58,179 bases of DNA from a virus (Duplodnaviria > Caudoviricetes): IMG/VR virus record IMGVR_UViG_3300034170_000025, positions 1 to 58,179 of that record. One strand, written 5' to 3'. The translations under genes and the position numbers were made by a program. The notes under the pieces are model-generated. The model did not search any database. It was not told the DNA's origin and was given only the letters and a program-made list of their open reading frames with translations. Of this stretch, positions 44,778-53,676 are shown one piece after another; the stretch's first letter is position 1, and each line of letters opens with the position of its first letter.

Positions 44778-45905
44778 TTAAATACTACCGGATTGTTTTA
44801 ATGCTGTCAACAGACTTTTTTGTCCATTTGCCAGCTCTTTTGCATCTGTAGTGCAACGTGCAACGTCATCTCGCTCGATCTGACGTACCTCAGTTACAGT
44901 CTCCAGTACACGCTGACGCAATGTGCTCAGAGTCTCAGTAGAGATGGTCGCAGTACCCAATGCCTTAGCACTGTTGATGGCAGCGATCTTAGCACCTTCA
45001 CTACCTTTGAGCAAGCTCTTTTCAGTGAGGTCACGCACGTTACTCACGAGCTGGATGCTGCTGTTCACGTCCAGGGTCTGTTTGAACAAAGCAAACTCCA
45101 TCATGATTACTGGAATATTCATCATGATGCCTTTCAGCGTAGACACTGCTGTACGGCTCGACTCCTGCTGCTGGCGAATCCGTGGACTGTTGATTTCAGT
45201 CATAGTTTTCAGACGCAGCAGGGTGTCCAGCTTCAACTTCAGACGGTGAATCTTAGACTCAGCATCACGCACCATCTGAGCTTCCATTGCAGCGTTAGGA
45301 CCACTCAGGTCAATCTCAGGCCACGACGCAACTTGGGATTCACACATGTCGATCAGGCTCTGTACTTCACGCATCTCAGAGGTGATCTTACCATAGTGGT
45401 TGTAGTTCTCGCCATACAAACCTTCCATGTCAGTGATCCACTGTTGTTGAGTGGTGATGTTCACGGAGATTTTATTCTCCAGGTCACCAAACACTTGCTG
45501 TGCAGAAGATAGACGCATGGTTAGCGTATTCTTCAGGTCACTGAATTTGTTCTGGAACCAGCCTACCACACCACCCTTCTGAAGGGAAGCAGGATCAAGC
45601 TTATCAGCTTCAGAGGCAATAACAGTTAGGATTGCACCTAGCTCTTCAAACTTGCCAACAGACATTTTGGTGATAATCTTCTGAGTGGTGTTACCCAACT
45701 CACGAGAGACGTTTTCACCAATACGGTCAATGTCTTCGTCAGACACGACCAGATTACGTGATGGCAGGCCAGCTTCACGAATTGTGGCAGGGAACGCCGA
45801 ACTCCTGCCAACAGGGGTTTCGGCGATCACAACTGAAACCTCACCAGCCTTCAAGCCACCAGTTGGCGCTGGCTGAAGTCCCGCTCTAGCAAATACTTTA
45901 CTCAT
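44778..45905 (-). CDS. telA: TelA/XpaC-type toxic anion resistance protein
   Basis: Long coiled-coil protein, LDP..L.K.G..GWF motif, ter-cluster context; AAGGAG SD before ATG 45905. Confidence 0.7.
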   Translation of the reverse strand: MSKVFARAGLQPAPTGGLKAGEVSVVIAETPVGRSSAFPATIREAGLPSRNLVVSDEDIDRIGENVSRELGNTTQKIITKMSVGKFEELGAILTVIASEADKLDPASLQKGGVVGWFQNKFSDLKNTLTMRLSSAQQVFGDLENKISVNITTQQQWITDMEGLYGENYNHYGKITSEMREVQSLIDMCESQVASWPEIDLSGPNAAMEAQMVRDAESKIHRLKLKLDTLLRLKTMTEINSPRIRQQQESSRTAVSTLKGIMMNIPVIMMEFALFKQTLDVNSSIQLVSNVRDLTEKSLLKGSEGAKIAAINSAKALGTATISTETLSTLRQRVLETVTEVRQIERDDVARCTTDAKELANGQKSLLTALKQSGSI

Positions 45906-45912
45906 AGTGGGT

Positions 45913-46299
45913 TTACTCTCCTTTCTCAATTCGGCCAATTTCTGTAGGGGTGTCACTGTGTTTACCACTCCATTTTAGTGTGCGGCCATTCAGCCCGTGG
46001 AAGAGAATATACCCGTCTTTCGAGAACAGGTCAACACCTTTCGAGACATCTTCCCCGTAACGTGTTGGAACTTCAAACCCCTCCAAGTCGTAAAAAGACC
46101 AGCGCTCGCCGCAGCACTCACACCAATAACGAGCATCATCTTTGTCGATCATATCTTGCATAATAGCAAACGCTTGATCAACGTTCATAGCTTGTACGAA
46201 TACAACATCTGCAACAAAATCACCACGCTCGTAGTAACCACCAGAGTTATTCTGGTCAAACTCGTACCACAAAGCACCTTCAATTTTTACTGGAAGCAT
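45913..46299 (-). CDS. Conserved phage protein (QNNSGG/CECCGERW family)
   Basis: WYEFDQNNSGG...CECCGERW; GGAG SD; promoter TTGACA-17-TAGAAT at 46373-46345. Confidence 0.7.
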   Translation of the reverse strand: MLPVKIEGALWYEFDQNNSGGYYERGDFVADVVFVQAMNVDQAFAIMQDMIDKDDARYWCECCGERWSFYDLEGFEVPTRYGEDVSKGVDLFSKDGYILFHGLNGRTLKWSGKHSDTPTEIGRIEKGE

Positions 46300-46387
46300 T
46301 CTCTTCTCTCCGTTTGTTTGCACCCTTAAGTGCTGATGTGAGTGATTCTACGCATCATGGTTATCGGTGTCAACACTTTCTTTTAGG

Positions 46388-46416
46388 CAAAGAAAAGCCC
46401 GCACAAGGCGGGCTAT
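46388..46416 (-). terminator. Intrinsic terminator
   Basis: AGCCCGC-ACAAG-GCGGGCT with a T-run on the minus strand. Confidence 0.75.
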
Positions 46417-46420
46417 TCGA

Positions 46421-46735
46421 TTAAGCAGTTAGCAACTCTGGAGTTGGTACTAGCAATGACGGATCAGCAGTTGGTACTGCTGGACCGGACAACTTCTCTT
46501 GAGCGATAAACTCACGATCAGTTTTATAGCGTGCATGACCGCCATCTGCAAAGTACACGTGGTACTGAGACAGAACACCTTTGTGTGGTGCCACAATTGT
46601 GGCTTTCCAGGCAGCCACTCCAGCACTGCCTGTAGTAGTCACGTCAATCCAAAAGCTATCCAGAAGTGGACCAGCCCCGGCGTTGTCCATGATACCAACC
46701 CAAGCGATTGTGTAAATAATTACTCTTTGTGCCAT
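46421..46735 (-). CDS. Hypothetical protein
   Basis: Co-oriented; ends at the terminator. Confidence 0.6.
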   Translation of the reverse strand: MAQRVIIYTIAWVGIMDNAGAGPLLDSFWIDVTTTGSAGVAAWKATIVAPHKGVLSQYHVYFADGGHARYKTDREFIAQEKLSGPAVPTADPSLLVPTPELLTA

Positions 46736-46738
46736 CTT

Positions 46739-46984
46739 TCATTTCCTTCTATTAGGGGAAGCAGAACCTACCTCCACAGCGTATTGTAACACATCCATTA
46801 AGATGTGTATACCTCTATTGTAGGTTGGACCTACGAGCCAGCGAGAATCTTCAATCTTGTCAAGCAGGTACATTCGGTCGTCTTCATCAAGCAAAACCGC
46901 TGCTGATGCAACTCCCTTTGTAAGGTTGTCAAGGTATTCAAGATACTCGACACCAGCCTCTCTAGTCATCCCACCATGAGCCAT
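46739..46984 (-). CDS. Hypothetical protein
   Basis: GGAGG SD. Confidence 0.6.
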   Translation of the reverse strand: MAHGGMTREAGVEYLEYLDNLTKGVASAAVLLDEDDRMYLLDKIEDSRWLVGPTYNRGIHILMDVLQYAVEVGSASPNRRK

Positions 46985-46985
46985 A

Positions 46986-47561
46986 CTACATACCTCCGAT
47001 CCACTTGCTTATTCGTTCAAAGTCTTCAGCCTTGTTCAAGTTGAAGGTGTCTATGCCGTTTTCTTTAGCAAGGTTGATTGCCGTAGCAGTCCCGCCTTTA
47101 GGATTACCAGCTTTATCGAGACGTGTCCATGCTATCAGCATTTTTGAAGGTGCGTCAAGCATTTTCCCTAAGACTTGGAACACATTACGTGTGTGCATCT
47201 TCCTTGCACCAGTTTTACAGGCTGACCAAGCTGGGTGTATAGCCTCAGCCATACCCTCAGCAATGCGCTCGTCTGTGAGCTTTATATCGCTTGGGAGTAT
47301 ATTTAGCCCTCCATGAGAATACTTATAATGGTCCTCGTAGCCAGCCCATGGAAGATAAATCTCTGCTGGAGTCCAACTCCAAGGACCATCTAAACCAGCA
47401 AACCTGAACATTCCATTTTCAAAGGCTTGGTCAGCCCCCAAAGCACCTCCAGATCGTAAGGTCCACCCTTGAGAGGCCAGCTTGTGGCCGACCTCTTCCA
47501 TCAGGTTTAGAATGTTAGCAGGCGTCTCGCGTGAGCCCACGCCTGTGTAGTACTTCATCAC
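46986..47561 (-). CDS. SLOG-superfamily (DprA/Smf-like) protein
   Basis: YTGVGSRETP, LRSGGALGADQAFE, RN..QVLG, GGTATA. Confidence 0.8.
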   Translation of the reverse strand: MMKYYTGVGSRETPANILNLMEEVGHKLASQGWTLRSGGALGADQAFENGMFRFAGLDGPWSWTPAEIYLPWAGYEDHYKYSHGGLNILPSDIKLTDERIAEGMAEAIHPAWSACKTGARKMHTRNVFQVLGKMLDAPSKMLIAWTRLDKAGNPKGGTATAINLAKENGIDTFNLNKAEDFERISKWIGGM

Positions 47562-47863
47562 TTAACTTTCCAAGGCTCTGACTCAGACTTTGGAGTCTCT
47601 GGAGGCAGACCTACGTTAACCATAGCCAGGATGCTCACCTTAACGGCAGACAACGCATCGCCGATCATTCGGCATGGCAGGATGAAGAACCCAAACACAG
47701 CTTCGCCGCAGGCTTCCTTGAAGTCTCGGGTAGACACCCGACGAACCTCTTTAAAGCGGATGCTGTAAAGAAAGTAGAAAACGTAAGTCACATAGAGGAT
47801 TCCGTATGCGATTGCAAACTTAATCCAGTGTTCAAACAGAAAATCCATTGCAGACGAAAACAT
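47558..47863 (-). CDS. Membrane protein
   Basis: N-terminal hydrophobic helix; GGAG SD. Confidence 0.6.
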   Translation of the reverse strand: MFSSAMDFLFEHWIKFAIAYGILYVTYVFYFLYSIRFKEVRRVSTRDFKEACGEAVFGFFILPCRMIGDALSAVKVSILAMVNVGLPPETPKSESEPWKVK

Positions 47864-48081
47864 ATTAATTTCTCCCCGTTTCTTTACGCCATTTGGCGTC
47901 TAGTGTTTTGATAAGAGCATCAAGCTCCTTGAATTTTTTGGCTTTGTAAAGCTCAAGGCATTGACTGCCCGGAGCCAGCCAAGTGTCTTTGTACTTAACT
48001 GCGTCTCTGTACACTATTTATCCCGCTTTTCACAGAACCAGTAGGTAGCATAGCAAGCACAACCAATCACCAACAACTCGA

Positions 48082-48606
48082 TCAGCATAAATCTTCCTCC
48101 CTCAGTACATACACCGTTACTGTAAAACGTTCGTCGAAGACACTATCAACAATCTCAGCAATTGTATCCCAGTCACCACCGCCAAGGCCAGCCCCAATCT
48201 TAGGGAAACCTACTTTAAAGTAGTTAGGCTGATACTGTGTAGCAGTTAGGATGTCATTCCGCATGTGGGTCAAAGCCTCTTCAAGCTTACCATAATCAGT
48301 GTACCCCTTTGCGTCATAGCCGTAGTTGTATTGACCATAGAGGTTGTAGATCAACCCACAACTTCCGTCATCGCGGTCGTGAACACCAACAGAGCAGTCA
48401 CCAAACTTACCAACGTCGCCTTTTTCAGTCTCCTGATCAGCGTACCAAGCATCAGGAAACTCCATCTTGATGGCTTTAGCCACACCAGAGTTCATGGTAC
48501 AGAAGCAGTTTGCCTGATGCCCAATAACACTCACCTCGCCAGATTTGAGGGCTTCAGTTAAGTCACCAACTTTGTACTTAATCTTATTGTCATTGTACTT
48601 AGTCAT
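48082..48606 (-). CDS. Macrodomain (ADP-ribose-binding/hydrolase) protein
   Basis: GDL, HQANCFCTMNSGVAKAI, NLYGQ, PKIGAGLGGGDW. Confidence 0.9.
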   Translation of the reverse strand: MTKYNDNKIKYKVGDLTEALKSGEVSVIGHQANCFCTMNSGVAKAIKMEFPDAWYADQETEKGDVGKFGDCSVGVHDRDDGSCGLIYNLYGQYNYGYDAKGYTDYGKLEEALTHMRNDILTATQYQPNYFKVGFPKIGAGLGGGDWDTIAEIVDSVFDERFTVTVYVLREEDLC

Positions 48607-48712
48607 ATTTAGCCATCTCCCGCTCGTGCCACTTTTCATGCACTTCATCTGCAAATGCAACGATGACACAGAAAATGAATAAACCAAAAAGCAGTTCCAT
48701 AAAACCTCCTTA

Positions 48713-48739
48713 GAAAAGAAGCCCCTCCGAAGAGGGGCG
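48713..48739 (-). terminator. Intrinsic terminator
   Basis: GCCCCTC-TTCG-GAGGGGC-TTCTTTT on the minus strand. Confidence 0.8.
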
Positions 48740-48744
48740 ATACA

Positions 48745-50496
48745 TCATGCCGAACGGGTACGAATTTCATCCAGTGTTACACGGCTCAGGAAGACACCAT
48801 CACGGTAGAACACTTTTAGGGCGTTACCCTCTTCTTCTTCCCACTCTTTGGTCACATTATCGTCAAGCTCAAAACCAGCCTCAGAGTGCATAACGTACAG
48901 ACGACCTTTAGCACTTTTCTTCTTGCTGTCAGTCTTCGGGTCTTTGAAGATTGCGACTTCTTCGCCGTTGATCACGGAGTTAGTAGCCTTCACAGCAAAG
49001 CCGAAGGTGTCACGGGTGTTGCACTGGTAGGTGTAACTACCAACCCCGAAGACAACGTTTGCAGCAGCAAAGCCCTTCTTGGACAGACGATCCAGAATCT
49101 CCAGAGCACGTTTGGTGGTAATACTGTCACCATAAATCAGGCCAATGTGCGAGTCAAGCAGTTTGTGACCAGTTTCGGTGAGAGTCCCACCAAAAGTGTC
49201 ATACAGAACCTCGATTGCGCCTTTTACTTCTGCTTCAGTGATTTCAACCTGAACATAGTCGTAAAAATCACAACCACGCCAGTCATCGTAACCCTCATAG
49301 CTGATTTCGTAGTACTTACCGTCAACACGAACGTAGTCATAGCCAAGGTCATGATATTCACCACGATCACTGTTATTCTCAAGTGCTTCCTGAGTGGTAT
49401 CAACCACACTGAAACCACAGATCACTTTAACAGGATCACCAGAGTCTGGACGCACCACCAGTTTACCCGGTTGTGGGCCAAATCCTTCACGTGCCATGAT
49501 CACGTCTTTCAGGTATGGATACCCACGAGTCAGCATACCCCAGAAGTCGTATGTATCCGATACGTTAGAGACGATGCCGTTAGGTACAATCTGAGTGATC
49601 AGGACATACACAAACATCACTTCTGCGATCAGACGCATGTCTTCTTGCTTGCCCAACATCTTGAAGCAGATCAACTCTTGCTCGGTGCTCACGAATTGGT
49701 ACTTGCTGGCTTCCAACTCATTTTGGATGCTGATAATGTTGTTCGAAGTTACGGCGTGCTCGGTAGCAGGAACGCTGATACCAATCAAACCTGTCGCATC
49801 GTAGTAACGCTTGGCGTAGGTGATAGCTGGCAGAGTGTCAGTGCCAATGAACTGAGTCAAGTGGCCGATACCGCTACGTGCAGCGTCTTCGATACCGCTC
49901 ATACCACGCATCGAGAAGTCGTGGCACATTACCGACACAGTGAAGGCATCGTAGCAGCCAGTAAGTTTGGTGTAGTGCTCACAAATCTTACGATACTCAC
50001 GTGCGATTGTAGCGTTGGTAGCTGTCTTCCAAGTAGACGCAGACAGTGGAGTCTCTTGGTAGTTCACCAGCCAGAAAAACTCAGGCAGGGTGTTGGTGAT
50101 GGTCATGACAGGGATACCCATCGGAACCAAACTACCTTCAGGCAGCGAACGGAACTCCAGCGGCAGGTAGCCAAGTTCATGCAAATCACACATCTGTTGA
50201 ACAGTTGGCAACTCTCGCCCGAGATAACCTTGCAGGAATTCTGCATACTCAGCAATAACTTCAATCTGTGATTTCGAGAAGAAAGTGCGAACCCAGTTTT
50301 CGTTCAGCTCTTGTACAGCAGCCTGACCACCAACCCAAACCAACTTGCCATCGTAGAACGCTGTGCAGTTGCGGCGATGAATTTTGTCAGTACGTGGTGT
50401 CAGGTTGCTGCCCACCTGAGTGGTGCCTTTACGGTACATCTGACCGTGGCCCAGCTTGTAACCATCAGTAGCCAAGTGCATCAGGAAATTACTCAT
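48745..50496 (-). CDS. Nicotinamide phosphoribosyltransferase-like enzyme (Namat/Nampt)
   Basis: TDGYKLGH, HDFSMRG, PATEH, VSDTYD, RPDSGDP, IYGDSIT, RDTFGFAVKAT, KSAKG. Confidence 0.92.
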   Translation of the reverse strand: MSNFLMHLATDGYKLGHGQMYRKGTTQVGSNLTPRTDKIHRRNCTAFYDGKLVWVGGQAAVQELNENWVRTFFSKSQIEVIAEYAEFLQGYLGRELPTVQQMCDLHELGYLPLEFRSLPEGSLVPMGIPVMTITNTLPEFFWLVNYQETPLSASTWKTATNATIAREYRKICEHYTKLTGCYDAFTVSVMCHDFSMRGMSGIEDAARSGIGHLTQFIGTDTLPAITYAKRYYDATGLIGISVPATEHAVTSNNIISIQNELEASKYQFVSTEQELICFKMLGKQEDMRLIAEVMFVYVLITQIVPNGIVSNVSDTYDFWGMLTRGYPYLKDVIMAREGFGPQPGKLVVRPDSGDPVKVICGFSVVDTTQEALENNSDRGEYHDLGYDYVRVDGKYYEISYEGYDDWRGCDFYDYVQVEITEAEVKGAIEVLYDTFGGTLTETGHKLLDSHIGLIYGDSITTKRALEILDRLSKKGFAAANVVFGVGSYTYQCNTRDTFGFAVKATNSVINGEEVAIFKDPKTDSKKKSAKGRLYVMHSEAGFELDDNVTKEWEEEEGNALKVFYRDGVFLSRVTLDEIRTRSA

Positions 50497-50532
50497 TGTG
50501 TCTCTCCTTTGTGTCTCTGTTTGTGTGGTGCC

Positions 50533-50560
50533 ATCTTACCAGATTGGCCCTCCATGTCAA
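50533..50560 (-). promoter_or_regulatory. sigma70 promoter
   Basis: TTGACA-16-TAAGAT followed by GGCACCACACAAAC. Confidence 0.75.
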
Positions 50561-50707
50561 CGTTTATTTTGCATCGCAGTAGACCACATCATCTGATCAA
50601 TGCGATCATTGTAATTGCGGTTAGAGATGTAAAATGCAATCCAAGCCACTACCCAAGGAAAGAACAGGATGGATAGGATCAAGTGACCAATGTGATTTGT
50701 TCTTCGT

Positions 50708-51523
50708 TTAGTTAACATTGTTGCCTCCGCAGTAAAATTGTGGGTTCATCATTAGCGGTGCATCTGGTGGCAAGAAGCACTGTGGCTGTTGCATCACTAC
50801 AGGTGTTGCTACCGCTGGTTGACGTTGTTGCATCAAGAGCTGGTTTTGCATGTCGAGCTTATCCTCGATACGCTGGTCAGTCTTAGCTTGTTCAATCTGT
50901 GCAGCAGTAGCCCCCGAGCTTGCACCGTAGTGGTGTGGAGTACTCAAGGCATTGTACAGCATCATACCGCCGACCGCACCCGCAGCACCATATAAGAAAC
51001 TACTTCCACCAGAGTTATACCCACCATAACCGTAACCACCGCCATAACCCCGATTGTATCCATTATAGCCTCCGTAAGAATTGCCGTAGTAGTTGCGTTG
51101 AATCACTGTGGTGCGTGGGCTGCTGTATACCGAACGATTGGAGCTGTACCCAACAGGGCTGATAACCTTACGAACTGGAGCCTTGTAGGCTGGTGCGCTG
51201 CTCACACTCTTCTTACCAAACCAACCCGTATTAACTGTCGATGTAGGACGGCTAGACGGTACGCTTGCACTTGGACGGCTTACCGTCTGGGTTGGTGCAG
51301 GCTTGGAGAAACCAAGCGCCTTTAGGCCAGGGTTGCTGCTTGTTGAACGGCTCGGAGCGGACACCGCTGGAGCCGAGTACTGCTTTGGGGCAGAATAGCT
51401 GCTCCGAGACGAAGAGCTGTAGCTCGACCGAGAGGACGAAGAAACTCGACTTGCTGCCCCAGCCTCTACAACAATCATACCCATCATCAGGAAGCCCATA
51501 ACACCAGCGATAATCTTTTTCAT
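50708..51523 (-). CDS. Exported low-complexity Ser/Gly/Tyr-rich protein
   Basis: Signal peptide, Ser/Pro-rich region, GY repeats, a hydrophobic segment, Cys pair at the end. Confidence 0.75.
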   Translation of the reverse strand: MKKIIAGVMGFLMMGMIVVEAGAASRVSSSSRSSYSSSSRSSYSAPKQYSAPAVSAPSRSTSSNPGLKALGFSKPAPTQTVSRPSASVPSSRPTSTVNTGWFGKKSVSSAPAYKAPVRKVISPVGYSSNRSVYSSPRTTVIQRNYYGNSYGGYNGYNRGYGGGYGYGGYNSGGSSFLYGAAGAVGGMMLYNALSTPHHYGASSGATAAQIEQAKTDQRIEDKLDMQNQLLMQQRQPAVATPVVMQQPQCFLPPDAPLMMNPQFYCGGNNVN

Positions 51524-51532
51524 GTGTAATCC

Positions 51533-52381
51533 TCAGTATTTCAGAACAGTAAGTTTTGGGTTAAGCCCTTGCGGTAACGAGTCAGTAGTGTACACGTGAT
51601 CAAACACATCTGTCAACACCTCGACACCCTTAGAGAAGATACCGTGTGTGACGGCCAACTCAAGGTACTCAACATAGCTGATGCACTTCACCAATTCTAC
51701 GAATGTACGCCCGCCATCACAAATATCATCGAGTACCAGATACTTACCGTCTGGGTCGACATCACCAATTGGCGCCATCCCTGTAATCTTACCTGTCGAA
51801 AGCTCACGATGCTTCTGGAAGTACACAACCGCCTTGGCCCCAACAGCTTTTGCGAACTCTTCGGTCTTCTTAGCAGCACCAGCATCAGGGGCAATGATAG
51901 TCCACTCGCTCCAGTCGTCTTTGATGCCTTTGAACGCAGTGATCTGGTCAACTACGAAGCATCGGTCCAATGCAGCTACGAGAACGGGGCTGTGAGGGTC
52001 TACAACAGTCACTGTGGCGTAGTTCTGCGAGTTAATGAGTGTAGCCATTAACTTGGCACTCAAAGCCTCCCCAGGGTTGCATACGCGGTCCTGGCGTGCA
52101 TACGGAAAGTATGGAATGTTCAGGTCAAGGCGTGCATTTGGGTAGACACGACGCAAAGCGTCTGTCGCAAGAAACATTGCCATCAACTGGTCGCTGTTTT
52201 GAATCTTAGCAACAAGATCAATGGTATCAACGTAGTTGGATTCAGTGTCCAGCCAAGAAAGAGAGCCAGTGTTGATATTCACGCCAACCTCGCCACCAGG
52301 GAAGGTCATTGTGCTGATAGAAATCCGTTGGGTGCGGAAGCCATTTACTGTGTAGTAAAGATTTTCGTTAAAATCGGTCAT
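51533..52381 (-). CDS. Ribose-phosphate pyrophosphokinase-like enzyme (Adps/Prs)
   Basis: FPGGE, PYFPYARQDR, DPHS, APDAGA, DDICDGGRTF, THGIFSKG. Confidence 0.92.
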   Translation of the reverse strand: MTDFNENLYYTVNGFRTQRISISTMTFPGGEVGVNINTGSLSWLDTESNYVDTIDLVAKIQNSDQLMAMFLATDALRRVYPNARLDLNIPYFPYARQDRVCNPGEALSAKLMATLINSQNYATVTVVDPHSPVLVAALDRCFVVDQITAFKGIKDDWSEWTIIAPDAGAAKKTEEFAKAVGAKAVVYFQKHRELSTGKITGMAPIGDVDPDGKYLVLDDICDGGRTFVELVKCISYVEYLELAVTHGIFSKGVEVLTDVFDHVYTTDSLPQGLNPKLTVLKY

Positions 52382-52410
52382 TGTCGACCCTCCTTTGTTT
52401 GTGTGGGGCC

Positions 52411-52439
52411 ATTCTGTCAGGAGTGGCCCACGGTGTCAA
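52411..52439 (-). promoter_or_regulatory. sigma70 promoter
   Basis: TTGACA-17-CAGAAT; GGGCCA..TGGCCC inverted repeat; CACACAAAC leader. Confidence 0.7.
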
Positions 52440-52446
52440 CTGATTT

Positions 52447-52854
52447 TCACCAGTCAATGTCAATTGTGTATTTACCCTCTTCCAGCAGACCACGCTTAAC
52501 GAGGTCGTGTGCAATGGATTCAGCAGTTGGGTAAAAGTTACGATCCCACCACAAGCCTAAGCCATGATCACGATCCCAACTATCACTGGTGTCCAACGGT
52601 TGTTTCGGATCACGGGCAAGCCATGCTGCAAAGCTTACGCCCATCTCGTCACCATTTACAACCTCTGGAACGGTTTCACTGTCGTAGTCATAGACGTGCT
52701 CGGGGTTGGAAGTTGCTTGAATGTGTTCTCGGCCACGTTCTTTGCACCCGGCTTGTTGTTGGAAACTGTATGGGCGACCGTAGGTGTCAATCACCAGTTG
52801 ATCCCAATCCGAAACATCAATAACACGCTCAGTACGAATATACGAAATGCTCAT
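52447..52854 (-). CDS. Hypothetical protein
   Basis: AAGGAG SD. Confidence 0.7.
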   Translation of the reverse strand: MSISYIRTERVIDVSDWDQLVIDTYGRPYSFQQQAGCKERGREHIQATSNPEHVYDYDSETVPEVVNGDEMGVSFAAWLARDPKQPLDTSDSWDRDHGLGLWWDRNFYPTAESIAHDLVKRGLLEEGKYTIDIDW

Positions 52855-52863
52855 AAAAACTCC

Positions 52864-53259
52864 TTAAAGTTTAACAGAGAAACGGTTTTTCATTTTAGCC
52901 ATTGTGTCTTCTGGTACACCATGAATCGAAGAATTCCCATGACGGTTTTCTACCACCAAGGTGGTTACTTTATAGCCGTGCTTAGCTGCCAGCTCAAGAT
53001 AAGGCTTCAACTCCTTCTCAGTGGTGAAGGTGTTGGACACCACGATATCCATGAATAAATCCTCCATGTTTTGACGTACTTTATCCTGACACCAGTTATG
53101 AGCCTTGGCTACTCGTTCAGGCTTCCAGTCATAGACACCCTCTTCATTATAGTGGAACATGTCAGCCTCGTAGTGCCTACCAAGTAAGTTGGCAGCAAGC
53201 ATTTCAGCGAAAGTGGACTTGCCAGAACCAGGCAAGCCACGAATAAGATAAAGGTTCAC
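52864..53259 (-). CDS. P-loop kinase (polynucleotide kinase-like, AAA_33)
   Basis: LIRGLPGSGKST, EAD, AHNWC, VSNTF, HGVP. Confidence 0.85.
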   Translation of the reverse strand: MNLYLIRGLPGSGKSTFAEMLAANLLGRHYEADMFHYNEEGVYDWKPERVAKAHNWCQDKVRQNMEDLFMDIVVSNTFTTEKELKPYLELAAKHGYKVTTLVVENRHGNSSIHGVPEDTMAKMKNRFSVKL

Positions 53260-53675
53260 TTGTTCAGAGCCATGATCAGCAACTCACGTGCCATCTCTGG
53301 AGTGATCACTCCTTGCAGGACACCTTTCAACTCGCTACGCAGTCGCGACTGCTCTGTTTGTACAGCCTGAAACACAAGTGATTGCACTTTCTCTGCCAGT
53401 GCCTTATCCATAGAAGCTTCGATAGTGGTTTTGACCACGTTATCAATCGCCTTCAGCATGTTCGGGTCTTTGACAGTGTAACGTGGGTTTGCCCAGTATC
53501 CATTGTCCTTCAGCATTTCATTGACAGCACGCTTCACAGCGTCGTCAACGTTAGACTGTACAACATCAGAGCGGATGTTCTTCAACACCTCGTTCCCAAT
53601 TTCCACTTGTAATTCGGCGTTATCAGCGATCAATGCTCGCAAGCCAGCAGTGTCCAAACGCATTTTGATAGTCAT
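53256..53675 (-). CDS. Helical hypothetical protein
   Basis: GGAGG SD before ATG 53675. Confidence 0.7.
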   Translation of the reverse strand: MTIKMRLDTAGLRALIADNAELQVEIGNEVLKNIRSDVVQSNVDDAVKRAVNEMLKDNGYWANPRYTVKDPNMLKAIDNVVKTTIEASMDKALAEKVQSLVFQAVQTEQSRLRSELKGVLQGVITPEMARELLIMALNK

Positions 53676-53676
53676 A

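Noticed and set aside
48886-50271. 461-aa plus-strand ORF
   Set aside because: Antisense shadow of the Nampt-like gene.
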